This document shows positions 9,444-18,349 of a stretch of 64,000 nucleotides of DNA, in pieces. The notes under the pieces are model-generated. The model worked only from the letters and a program-made list of their open reading frames with translations. It made no database searches and was not told the origin of the DNA. The translations under genes and the position numbers were made by a program. Origin of the DNA: an uncultured Chloroflexia bacterium. GTDB taxonomy: Bacteria; Chloroflexota; Limnocylindria; Limnocylindrales; CSP1-4. The DNA is taken from the NCBI GenBank assembly GCA_963776925.1, contig CAVZON010000002.1:58-64057 (forward strand), given 5' to 3'. Numbering within the stretch: position 1 is the stretch's first letter; each line of letters starts with the position of its first letter.

Positions 9444-10513
9444 TCAGTCCCCCTGTCCGCGCGGCGTCGGCTGGCTCTGCTCGTCGGCGTCGCTGCCGCG
9501 GGTCCCGGGGTTGCCGCCACCGCCGCCGCCGCCACCGCCGCCGCGCGCCGGCGGTTCGGCGGGTCCGGGGTAGGTCGCGGTGTCGGGCGGGCTCGGCGCG
9601 GACGTGGGCCGTCGGCTCGGGAGCGGTGGCCTGGGTCGGCTTCGGCGTCGCGGTCGGCTTGGGCGTCGGCTCGTCGGCTTGGGTTCCTTGGTCGGCTTTG
9701 GCGTGGCCGCCGGGTCGGGGGTCGCTGCTGGACCGCCGCCGTTGCCGCCGGCATCGTTCTCGTCCGGGCCGTTCCCGCTGCCGCCACCGTTCGGCGCGGT
9801 GTCGTTGCCGATGCCGTCGACGGTCTCGGTGCTGCGGTCGATCGCTCGCTGCAGCGCGTGCTCGACGGCGTCGCTCGCCCGGTCGGGGAGGATCGCGACC
9901 AGTCCGTTCAGGACGGTGATGTTGTGCCTGGCGCCTTCCTCGATGGTCAGCATCGCGATGGCATCGTCGGACAGCAGCGCCGAGGCCGCCGCCGACTCGA
10001 GGATGGACTGGTACGCGGCGAGGGCCGCCTCCGCGGCCGCATCGTCGCCTCGCGCCGTCGCGGACGTGATCTCGGCCAGCCGCTCGTCGAGACGGGCGAG
10101 CTCGGCGACCGCGCGCTCTCGAGGTGACGCCGGCAGCGTGAGCGTCTCCGCCCAGACGCGAGCGCCGTACAGCCCGCCGCCGGGCTGGGCGGCCAGGGCC
10201 ACGCTGGACATGGCTCCGGCGGCCAGGGCGGCCGCGACCAGGAGCGCGGCTCCCCGACGCATCGTTCGCGAGCGACCCGAGGACCGCGATCGCGTCGGCG
10301 TGGACGTCGTCGCCTCGTCCGGGATCGGCGACCAGGGCGAGGGTCGCGTCGGCGCGGACGACCGAGGACTGGCGATGGGCGACGGCCAGGACGCGGGCAC
10401 GCATCCGGCTCGAGGCGGCCAGATCCGGGGTCAGGCGCGCCTCGGCGTACGCCGTCCAGGCGGCGCCGCAACTCCCCGTGATCGGCCATCAGATCCAACA
10501 TCGCGTCATCCAT
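9444..10513 (-). CDS. anti-sigma factor-like membrane protein with DUF5667-like helical ectodomain, PT/K linker and Gly10 run (frame breaks)
   Basis: ATG 10513 overlaps the sigma stop by 1 nt (TGATG). N-terminus MDDAMLDLMADHGELRRRLDAYAEARLTPDLAASSRMRARVLAV. TM RRGAALLVAAALAAGAMSSVALAA. Ectodomain ...ARVWAETLTLPASPRERAVAELARLDERLAEI.... Tail ...TPKPTKEPKPT...GGGGGGGGGG.... Confidence 0.65.
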
Positions 10514-11109
10514 CAGCGGGCCCGCTTCCTGGCGACATCCCGGTCGCCCTCGCGGCGGTCGTCGTCGTCGATCCCGAGCTGTCGCCGCAACGCGGCGATG
10601 GCCCGGAACTGGAGCCCTCGGATCGTCCCTTCCTGCTTGCCCATCACCTCGGCCGCCTCGCGGGCGGAGAGGCCGGCGAAGAAGCGAAGCGCGATGGCGT
10701 CTCGTTGCTCGTCCGTCAGCGACCCCAGCGCCACGGCCACCTCGTCCATCTCCTGACGGGCGACGGTGACCTCATCCGGTCCCGCCTCGCGCCCGGCGTG
10801 ACCGGCTGCGGCGTCCAGGTCCGCGTGGTCGTGTCGCGTCCGGACGTGGTCGATGATCGTGTTCCTGGCCAGCCGGAAGAGCCAGCCCCCGAACGGGATG
10901 CCCCGCGACTCGTAGCGCGGCAGGGCTTCCAGGGCCTTGACGAAGACCAGCTGCGTCAGGTCCTCCGCGTCCGCCGGGCGATGGACGCGGCTGGCGATGT
11001 AGCGATAGACCGGCAGGTGGTAGTGGTCGAACAGTCGACCGAAAGCCCAGGCGTCCCCCGCGCGGGCTTCCGCCACCAGCCGCTCGATCGCGGCGTCGTC
11101 GAGGGTCAC
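10513..11109 (-). CDS. ECF-type RNA polymerase sigma-70 factor
   Basis: Intact 198 aa. Region 2 (DAEDLTQLVFVKALEAL, GWLFRLARNTIIDHVR) and region 4 HTH (LSAREAAEVMGKQEGTIRGLQFRAIAALRR). Confidence 0.9.
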   Translation of the reverse strand: MTLDDAAIERLVAEARAGDAWAFGRLFDHYHLPVYRYIASRVHRPADAEDLTQLVFVKALEALPRYESRGIPFGGWLFRLARNTIIDHVRTRHDHADLDAAAGHAGREAGPDEVTVARQEMDEVAVALGSLTDEQRDAIALRFFAGLSAREAAEVMGKQEGTIRGLQFRAIAALRRQLGIDDDDRREGDRDVARKRAR

Positions 11110-11990
11110 AACGAACGTCCAGCCATCGCGTTAGGTGCCGCCGGCAGCGCGATCGCCACCGGCTCGCCGCCGCGACGGAAGGTGAGCTCGCGGAACCCCG
11201 CGTCCCACGCGCTGGCGTAGCCGTCGTCGAGCCCCCACGCGAGGCTGTCCTCGAGGTGCGCGTCCGACCCGATGCTGACCGCCCGGCCGCCCAGCTCGCG
11301 GAACCGGGCGACGACGTCCGGAGCGGGGAATGCGGCGGCGGCCGGGGAGCGCAGGCCGCTCGTGTTGACCTCCAGCGCGGTGCCGCTGTCGACGAGCGCG
11401 TCGAGGATCGGCTTGTACAGCTCCGGCGCCGCGGCGAGGTCCGCCGCCGTGACGTGGGGCGCGAGGAAGCGCTTGACGAAGTCGATGTGGCCGATCGCGT
11501 CGAACAGGCCCGCTGCGGGCGCCGGCGGCGACCTCGTCGAAGTAGGGCGGACGATCTCGGGCAGCGACTTGCCGGCGACCCAGGCGGCGACGTGGTCGGC
11601 GGCGTACGGCGAGTCGCGATAGACGTGGACGGAGCCGATGACGAAGTCGTAGGCGTGGCGGGCCAGGTGGTCGCGGATGGCCTCGGCCCACTGGCTGTCC
11701 CAGGTGATCTCCGCCCCGAACCGGATGGCCACGCCGCGATCGGCCCAGCGCTCGGCGGCATCGCGCACGTAGCGCTCGCGCTGCTCGAACGTCGAGTTGC
11801 CGAAGCCCGGGGCGGACGGGTCGAAGTCGACGTGGTCGGTGATGGCGAGCTCGGCGATGCCGCGCTCGACGGCCCGCTGCGCGTAGGCGTCGATGGCGAC
11901 GTCGCTGTCGGGCGACAGGTCGGTGTGCACGTGGGCGTCGAGCGGCAGGTCGCGCGCCTGGCGGCCCCGCGCCGGAGCGGCCATCGTCAC
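11106..11990 (-). CDS. PHP-domain (HisJ-family histidinol-phosphatase-like) protein
   Basis: PHP metal-ligand contexts LDAHVHTDLSPDS, AITDHVDF, IGSVH, AIGHIDF, SIGSDAH. The stop overlaps the sigma start (4 nt). There is a local double frame break around 11500-11560. Confidence 0.85.
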   Translation of the reverse strand: MTMAAPARGRQARDLPLDAHVHTDLSPDSDVAIDAYAQRAVERGIAELAITDHVDFDPSAPGFGNSTFEQRERYVRDAAERWADRGVAIRFGAEITWDSQWAEAIRDHLARHAYDFVIGSVHVYRDSPYAADHVAAWVAGKSLPEIVRPTSTRSPPAPAAGLFDAIGHIDFVKRFLAPHVTAADLAAAPELYKPILDALVDSGTALEVNTSGLRSPAAAAFPAPDVVARFRELGGRAVSIGSDAHLEDSLAWGLDDGYASAWDAGFRELTFRRGGEPVAIALPAAPNAMAGRSL

Positions 11991-12039
11991 GGCCGTCCCG
12001 CGGTCCGCCGTGTCCCCCGGATCGCCCCCCGGCGTGCGG

Positions 12040-13266
12040 TCATCCCCCGATCACCCCCAGCTCGCGGCCGACCGTCGCGAACGCCTCCAGCGCCCGGTCG
12101 AGCTGGTCGTCGGCATGGGCGGCGGTGACGATCGTGCGCAGCCGGCACTGGTCGAGGGCGACGGTCGGGAAGACGACCGGCTGGGCGAACACGCCCTCGC
12201 CGAGCAGGCGGTCGCTGAAGCGCATCGCGGTCTCCGGGTCGCCCATCATCACCGGCGTGATCGGGGTCTCGGAGCGGCCCGTGTCGAAGCCGAGCCGCGT
12301 CAGCTCCGCCTTGAACCGACGGGTGTTGGCCCACAGCCGCTCGAGCAGCTCCGGCTCGTCCTGCATCACCCGGATGGCCTCGCGGCAGGCGGCCACGACC
12401 GCCGGTGGATGCGACGTCGAGAACAGGAACGGGCGCGCGCGCTGGGTCAGGATCTCGCGCAGCGCCTCGCTCCCGGCGACGTAGCCACCGAGGGCGCCGA
12501 CCGCCTTGGACAGCGTCCCGACCTGGATGGCGACGCGGCCGTGCAGCCCGAAGTGGTCGACCGTGCCGCGGCCGTCCCGACCGAGGACGCCCGAGGCGTG
12601 GGCGTCGTCGACGAAGACGGCCGCGCCGAACGCCTCGGCCGCCTCGACGATCCCCGGCAGCGGCGCGATGTCGCCGTCCATCGAGAACACGCCGTCGGTC
12701 ACGACGAGGATCAGCCGGTGCGGCTCGCCGGAGCCCTCGCGGCCGTGCTCGCGCGCGGTCGCCAGGATCGCGCGGAGGGCCTCGACGTCGGCGTGCGGGT
12801 AGACCTTGCGCGGCGCCTTGGACAGGCGCATGCCGTCGATGATCGAGGCGTGGTTGAGGCTGTCGCTGACGATCAGGTCGGTCTCGCCGGTGATCGTCGG
12901 GATGACCCCGGTGTTGGCGGTGAAGCCGGACTGGAAGGTCAGGACGGCGGGCGTGCCCTTGAACTCGGCCAGCTCCGGCCTCCAGCGCCTCGTGCATCGA
13001 CATCGTGCCGGCGATCGTGCGGACCGCGCCGGAGCCGACCCCGAAGTCGCGGACCGCCTCGAGCGCCGCCTCGCGCAGCCGCGGATGGTGGGTCAGGCCC
13101 AGGTAGTCGTTGGAGGACAGGCTGATGAGCCGCCGCTCGTCGACCGAGACGATCGGGCCCTGGGCCGCTGCTCATCACCCGCAGGGCGCGGTAGAGGTGG
13201 CGCTCGCGAGCGCGGCGACCTCGTCGTCGAGGAACGCCAGCGGGTCGGTGCGCGGGGTCGTGGTCA
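12040..13266 (-). CDS. kbl: glycine C-acetyltransferase / 2-amino-3-ketobutyrate CoA ligase (frame breaks in the 5' third)
   Basis: Alpha-oxoamine synthase family: ...LSSNDYLGLTHHPRL..., DGVFSMDGDIAPL, FVDDAHASGVLG, GTLSKAVG (PLP Lys). Lies 23 nt downstream of tdh. The N-terminus MTTTPRTDPLAFLDDEV is read from another frame. Confidence 0.85.
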
Positions 13267-13289
13267 TCGGACCGGGGATGGTCGCATGC

Positions 13290-14324
13290 TCAGGTACCCC
13301 AGTCCATCACCACTTTGCCGGAGTCGCCGCTCCGAGCGGCGGCGAACGCGGCCTCGTGCTCGGTGAACCGGAAGCGGTGGGTGATGGCCGGCGCGATGTC
13401 GAGGCCCGACTGGAGCATGACCGACATCTGGTACCAGGTCTCGTACATCTCCCGGCCGTAGATGCCGCGCAGGCGTCAGCTGGTCGAAGACGATGCGGCT
13501 GACGTCGAGCGGGATCTCGGCCGGTCGGGATGCCGAGGATGGCCATCCCGGCGCCGTGGGCCATGTTGTCGATGGCGTCGCGCAGGGCCTCCGGCGTTGC
13601 CCGACATCTCGAGGACGACGTCGAAGCCCTCGACCATGCCGAGCTCGCGCTGGACGTCCTTGAGGTCGCGCTCGCGCGGATCGACGGCGATCGTGGCGCC
13701 CATGCGCGATCGCGAGCTCGCGGCGGAACGCGTTCGGCTCGCTGACGACGATGTGGCGGGCGCCGGCATGCCGCGCGACGGCGCTGGCCATCAAGCCCGA
13801 TCGGGCCCGGCGCCGACGACGAGCACGTCCTCGCCGAGGACCGGGAAGGCGAGCGCGGTGTGGACCGCGTTGCCGAACGGGTCGAAGATCGCGGCGACCT
13901 CCTCGTCGATGCCCGGCCAGTGGTGCCACACGTTCGTCACCGGCAGCACGACCTGCTCGGCGAACGCCCCGTCGCGCTGGACCCCGAGGCCGATCGTGTT
14001 GGCGCACAGGTGCCAGCGGCCGGCGCGGCAATGCCGGCACCGACCGCAGATGACGTGGCCCTCGCCGCTGACGATGTCGCCGGGCGCGATGTCGCGGACG
14101 TTGCTGCCGACCTCGAGGACCTCGCCGACGAACTCGTGGCCGACGACGAGCGGCGGCTGGATCGTCTTCTGCGCCCAGGCATCCCAGTCCGCGATGTGCA
14201 GGTCCGTGCCGCAGATGCCGGTCTTGCGGACGCGGATGCGGACGTCGTTGATGGTCATCGACGGTTCGGGGACGTCCGTGAGCTCCAGGCCCGGGCCCGG
14301 GGCGGTCTTGACGAGCGCGCGCAT
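13290..14324 (-). CDS. tdh: L-threonine 3-dehydrogenase (several frame breaks in the 3' half)
   Basis: Zn-dependent MDR: [36 protein letters not shown]-terminal pieces in other frames: ...[14 protein letters not shown]..., ...[17 protein letters not shown]..., ...[12 protein letters not shown]. Confidence 0.85.
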
Positions 14325-14392
14325 CGTCCCGATGGTACCGGTGGTCGCGCTCGAGAGGGCCCGTTGCCGGTGCGCCGGCGCGCCGGCAGGCG

Positions 14393-15341
14393 CTAGACGG
14401 TCGTGGTCCCGTCGACGATCGGGTTCTCGACGGTGCCGATGCCCTCGATCTCGCAGCGGACGCGGTCACCCGGCTCGAGGAAGACCGGCGGGTCGCGGAA
14501 GACGCCGACCCCGCCGGGCGTGCCGGTGGCGATGATGTCGCCGGGCTCCAGGGTGATGCTCTGCGAGATCATGCTGATCAGCGCCGGGACGTCGTGGATG
14601 AGGTCGGCGGTCGTGCCGTCCTGCATCAGGTGCTCGGTGCCGTCCGGGGTGATGCGCCAGGAGCGGATGGCGGAGGCCGGCCTTGGGGTCGACCTCGTCC
14701 GCCGTGACGAACACCGGGCCCATCGGCAGGAACGTGTCGGAGCCCTTGGCCCGGAGCCACTGGCCGTCGCCCTTCTGGCCGGGCTTGAGCGCGGCCGGCG
14801 TGCCCTGCCAGTCGCGGGCGCTGATGTCGTTGACGACGACGTAGCCGGCGACGTGGTCCATGGCGTCGCCGACGGTGACGCGCCTGGCCCGCTTGCCGAT
14901 CACGACGCCGAGCTCGACCTCGAGGTCGAGCGCCACCGTGCCCTCCGGTCGGATGACCGGCTCGCCGTCGGCGATGACCGCGTTGGCGAACTTGGCGAAG
15001 AGCAGCGGTCGCTCGGCGACGGCGCGGCCGCCCTCCGCGACGTGCTCCGCGTAGTTGAGGCCGACGCAGACGATCTTGCCCGGCGCCGGGAAGGGGGCGG
15101 CCGGCGCTCGCCGGTGGACCGCCAGCGGCTTCGCTCCGCGCTTCAGGGCCCGACGGGCTGCCTTGGCCAGCTGGCGCTGCCACCCCTGTCCGACGGCCAG
15201 CATCCAATCGAGTCCGAGGTGCGTGTCCGGCGCATCGAGCCCACCGCGTCGTTCGAGGGCGCGACCGGTCAGGAGCTGGCCCTTGACCTCCACGCCGAAG
15301 CGGTCGTGGCCGAACCGGTCACGGTAGGCACGGATGCGCAT
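14393..15341 (-). CDS. fumarylacetoacetate hydrolase (FAH) family protein (frame break ~14650-14700)
   Basis: [29 protein letters not shown], and the C-terminus ...[18 protein letters not shown]...[19 protein letters not shown] in ORF 14393-14626. Confidence 0.8.
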
Positions 15342-15353
15342 GCCGCTGCCGGC

Positions 15354-16280
15354 CTAGCTGGCGCTCGGCGACGGTTCGGCCGACGGCTCGACCGACGGCG
15401 CGGCGCTCGGGGCCGCGGACCCGCTCGGGTCGGCGGAGCCATCCGGCGAGGCGCTCGGCGGGTTGCAGAACTGCTCGGGGTTGGTCCGCTCGCCGAAGGT
15501 CGCGTCGAACTCCTTGATGGCCGCCTCGTCGAGCGTCTCGAGCGGGAGCACCCGACCCCAGACGAGGGCCGCGTACGGCGTGGCCATGTCGTCGAAGCGG
15601 GCGAAGACCGGCCCGACGCTCGAGCCGGCCTCGAAGCCGCACACGGGGCTGGGCGGGTAGCTGTCGAAGAACGAGCGGAGCTGTTCCTGGCCCGCCTCGG
15701 TCGCGCCGTCGCTGTCGCCGCGGTACAGGACGACGAGTCCACCGTGCTCCAGGTTGTGGATCCAGCCCTGCGGGTTGACGCGGTCATCCGGGCCGTACAG
15801 CCGCGGCGCGATCGGGCCGCTGCCCGACGCGTTGTAGTGGCGGCCGCTGGCCGGCGGGCAGTAGGTATAGGTCACGGCCGTGCCGTTGGCGATGTGGGTC
15901 TGGCCCATGTCCGGCTGGGCGTAGCCGGGCTGGGGCGACGCACCCTCGGCCGGCGTCGGCGTGGCATCGGGCTCCCAGATCGTGGAGCAGGCGTAGACCG
16001 GCTGGCTGGCGGCCGCGAACATGCCGATGCCGGCCAGGCCGACGATGGCGATGACCGCGATGCCGACGAGCAGGTTGCGGTTGCGCTGGATGAACGACGG
16101 CTTCGCCCCGGCGTAGGTCCGCGACCGTTCGCGTCGGCCGACCCGCGGCGTCCCGGTCGGGCTCGTGGACACGGGGCTCGACGGGGAGCCGGCGCCGGTC
16201 GTGGATGGCCGGCTGGTCGTGCCGGCGGGCGGTGTCGTCTGGCTGGCCGTGCGCTGGCGCCGGCGGGATTCCTTGCTCAA
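15354..16280 (-). CDS. DUF3105 domain-containing membrane-anchored protein
   Basis: Intact 308 aa. Basic/Ser-Thr-rich N-tail, TM LLVGIAVIAIVGLAGIGMFAA, core with WIHNLEHGGLVVLY typical of DUF3105, Ser/Pro/Ala-rich C-tail. Confidence 0.8.
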   Translation of the reverse strand: MSKESRRRQRTASQTTPPAGTTSRPSTTGAGSPSSPVSTSPTGTPRVGRRERSRTYAGAKPSFIQRNRNLLVGIAVIAIVGLAGIGMFAAASQPVYACSTIWEPDATPTPAEGASPQPGYAQPDMGQTHIANGTAVTYTYCPPASGRHYNASGSGPIAPRLYGPDDRVNPQGWIHNLEHGGLVVLYRGDSDGATEAGQEQLRSFFDSYPPSPVCGFEAGSSVGPVFARFDDMATPYAALVWGRVLPLETLDEAAIKEFDATFGERTNPEQFCNPPSASPDGSADPSGSAAPSAAPSVEPSAEPSPSAS

Positions 16281-16395
16281 GTCGGTGGTGCCTCGGTGCG
16301 GTCGATGGGTCGCCGGGCATGCTGGCGTCCGGCGGCGACGAGGGCCGCGTCCGCGTGAGGGTACCGGTTCGGCGCGAATCGGTGCGCGCGGATGC

Positions 16396-16771
16396 CTACG
16401 GCTCGCTCAGGTAGGTGCGCACCTCGGGCCGCAGCAGCCCACGGAACAGGAGCACCCCGAACGCCGCCACGAAGAACGGCGTGGCCGGATGGACCGGGAC
16501 TCGTCGCCAGGATGACGATGGCCGGGATGATCAGGCTGGCCAGGCCCAGGGCGAGGCCACGAGCCGCCTGCTTGCGCTGGAGCACGAGGGTCGTGGTGAA
16601 GATCGTGTACGCCAGCAGGACCATGACGAGGACGCCGAGGGGGCTGATCGGGGCGGCGATCGCCTCGTCGACGACGAAGCGCAGGCTGAGCCCGATGCCG
16701 GCGAGGATGAGGGCGGCGTAGACGAGGAGGAGCCGGATGCCGCCGGGCATCGCGCGGATCCGTTGGACCAT
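16396..16771 (-). CDS. small polytopic membrane protein (one frame break ~16500)
   Basis: MVQRIRAMPGGIRLLLVYAALILAGIGLSL...GVLVMVLLAYTIFTTTLVL...LASLIIPAIVILAT... continues in another frame as ..TPFFVAAFGVLLFRGLLRPEVRTYLSEP*. No recognised family. Confidence 0.45.
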
Positions 16772-16809
16772 GCCGCCGATCGTAGCGTCCACCCTATACT
16801 CCCCGCCTG

Positions 16810-17427
16810 GTGGCAGACCTTCCGATCGCCCTCGACGCTTCGCTCGCGGGGCGACTGCAGGGCGCCCTCGATGCCGACGGCAAGATCCTCCGCGCGCTCG
16901 AGGCCCTCGGCCCGGTGGCGGATCGCGACGTGACCCTGCTCGACGGTCACGACGGCGACCTGCGCTCGACCCAGCTGCGTGCCCTCGGCGCGCGCGTCCG
17001 CCCTGCGCCGCGGACCGAGGACGACGGCTGGGATGCGCCGCCCGGGTCCGCCGACAGCGTGATCGGGCTGTGGTCGGCCCTGCGCGGAGCGATCCCCGAC
17101 GAGGTCGATCGCGCGGCAGCCCTCGCCCGGCCCGGTGGCCGGCTGTTGGCCGTCCACGACTACGGTCGCGACGACGTGGCCAGGCTGACGGGCGAGCCGC
17201 CTGAGCCCCTGGACTGGAGCCGCCGCGACGGGCCGTTCCTGGGCGCCGGCTTCCGCATCCGGGTCGTCCACTGCTTCTGGACGTTCGAGGACCTCGAGGC
17301 GACCCGCTCGTTCCTCGAGGATGCCTTCGGGTCGACCGGACGCGACGTCGGCGCCACACTGCAACGACCCCGGCTGTCGTACAACGTCGCCGTCTACCAC
17401 CGCACGATCGGGGAGCCCGCCGCATGA
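16810..17427 (+). CDS. hypothetical protein, weak methyltransferase-fold resemblance
   Basis: Intact 205 aa with protein-like composition (…VTLLDGHDGDL…, …ARPGGRLLAVHDYG…). The stop overlaps the next start (ATGA at 17424). Confidence 0.5.
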   Translation: MADLPIALDASLAGRLQGALDADGKILRALEALGPVADRDVTLLDGHDGDLRSTQLRALGARVRPAPRTEDDGWDAPPGSADSVIGLWSALRGAIPDEVDRAAALARPGGRLLAVHDYGRDDVARLTGEPPEPLDWSRRDGPFLGAGFRIRVVHCFWTFEDLEATRSFLEDAFGSTGRDVGATLQRPRLSYNVAVYHRTIGEPAA

Positions 17428-17765
17428 CCCGAGCCGCCCGCCGGACCCCTGCCCGACGCCGGATCTCGCCCGGTGCCGTGTTCTTCGGTGTGGCCATCGT
17501 CGCGTCGGTGGCGTTCTCGCTGTACGCGGTCACGGTCCGCGAGGCCGACCAGATCCCGCTGCTGGCGGCCGGGGCGGTCGTGGTCGGGCTGACGTTCGGC
17601 GCGCTGGCCATCTACTGCCTGCGGGCCATCGTTCGGGCCGGCAAGAACGGTCGTGGCGGGCGGGCGATGGCCTTGGCCCTCCTCGGCGGCATCGCGGCGA
17701 TGGTCGCGGCCGGCAGCCTGGCCGGGGCCTTCATCCTGTTCCAGCTCGCCGGGACGCCGACCTGA
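17424..17765 (+). CDS. small membrane protein (3 predicted TM helices)
   Basis: Intact 113 aa, translationally coupled to 16810-17427. Hydrophobic stretches AVFFGVAIVASVAFSLYAV, LLAAGAVVVGLTFGALAIY and ALALLGGIAAMVAAGSLAGAFILF. Confidence 0.5.
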   Translation: MTRAARRTPARRRISPGAVFFGVAIVASVAFSLYAVTVREADQIPLLAAGAVVVGLTFGALAIYCLRAIVRAGKNGRGGRAMALALLGGIAAMVAAGSLAGAFILFQLAGTPT

Positions 17766-17788
17766 CCGGTCCGGCCGCGACCCTCTGC

Positions 17789-17794
17789 TAGACT
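17789..17794 (+). promoter_or_regulatory. candidate -10 hexamer TAGACT upstream of tRNA-Glu
   Basis: TAGACT fits the actinobacterial TANNNT -10 pattern, 20 nt upstream of the mature tRNA 5' end. No convincing -35 at canonical spacing. Confidence 0.3.
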
Positions 17795-17814
17795 CGCCGG
17801 GCCGTCGAGCCCGG

Positions 17815-17888
17815 GCCCCCATCGTCTAGAGGCCTAGGACGCCACCCTTTCAAGGTGGAGATCAGGGGTTCGAATCCCCTTGGGGGTA
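17815..17888 (+). tRNA. tRNA-Glu (anticodon TTC at 17849-17851); CCA encoded at 17889-17891
   Basis: Cloverleaf by hand: acceptor GCCCCCA/TGGGGGT, D-arm GTCT..GGAC, anticodon stem CCACC/GGTGG with loop CTTTCAA, T-arm GGGG-TTCGAAT-CCCC. Confidence 0.9.
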
Positions 17889-17934
17889 CCAACCTCCCGC
17901 GGTCGACGGAGACGCCCTGCTACCATCGCCGCCG

Positions 17935-18303
17935 ATGGAGATCATGGGCATCGAGATCCGGACGGTCATCAGCGACAACATCGCGCGTCGTTGCGATGGC
18001 TGTCGCCAGGTCATCGAGGGCACGCCGTGGCGGGTCAACCTGCTCGACATCGTGGCCGCCGAGACGCCCGTGTCGTGGGCCGAGCGCCCGGTGATCAATC
18101 CCGGCCCGTTCCAGTTCCATGGCTCCCCGACCTGCGTGCGCTCCTGGATGGCCGAGAAGGGCTATCTGTTCTGCCGCCGCGGCGAGGTCCGCGAGATCAT
18201 GCGGCCGGTAGCGCTGCCGCCGGCCGAGTCAACGCCGGATGCCGCGCGCTGGGGACTGTGCGACGGGATCCATCGCGACGACCACGAGTTCGTCCCCGCC
18301 TGA
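17935..18303 (+). CDS. hypothetical protein
   Basis: Intact 122-aa ORF directly after the tRNA, with protein-like composition (…ARRCDGCRQVIEGTPWRVNLLDIV…FQFHGSPTCVRSWMAEKGYLFC…). No family recognised. Confidence 0.4.
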   Translation: MEIMGIEIRTVISDNIARRCDGCRQVIEGTPWRVNLLDIVAAETPVSWAERPVINPGPFQFHGSPTCVRSWMAEKGYLFCRRGEVREIMRPVALPPAESTPDAARWGLCDGIHRDDHEFVPA

Positions 18304-18349
18304 GCCGCGGTCCGCGCAGCGGGCAGCGACGCCGCCGTGCGGCTGAGCC

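Noticed and set aside
14403-16358. 651-aa plus-strand ORF.
   Set aside because: It is antisense to the FAH-family and DUF3105 genes and has shadow-ORF composition.
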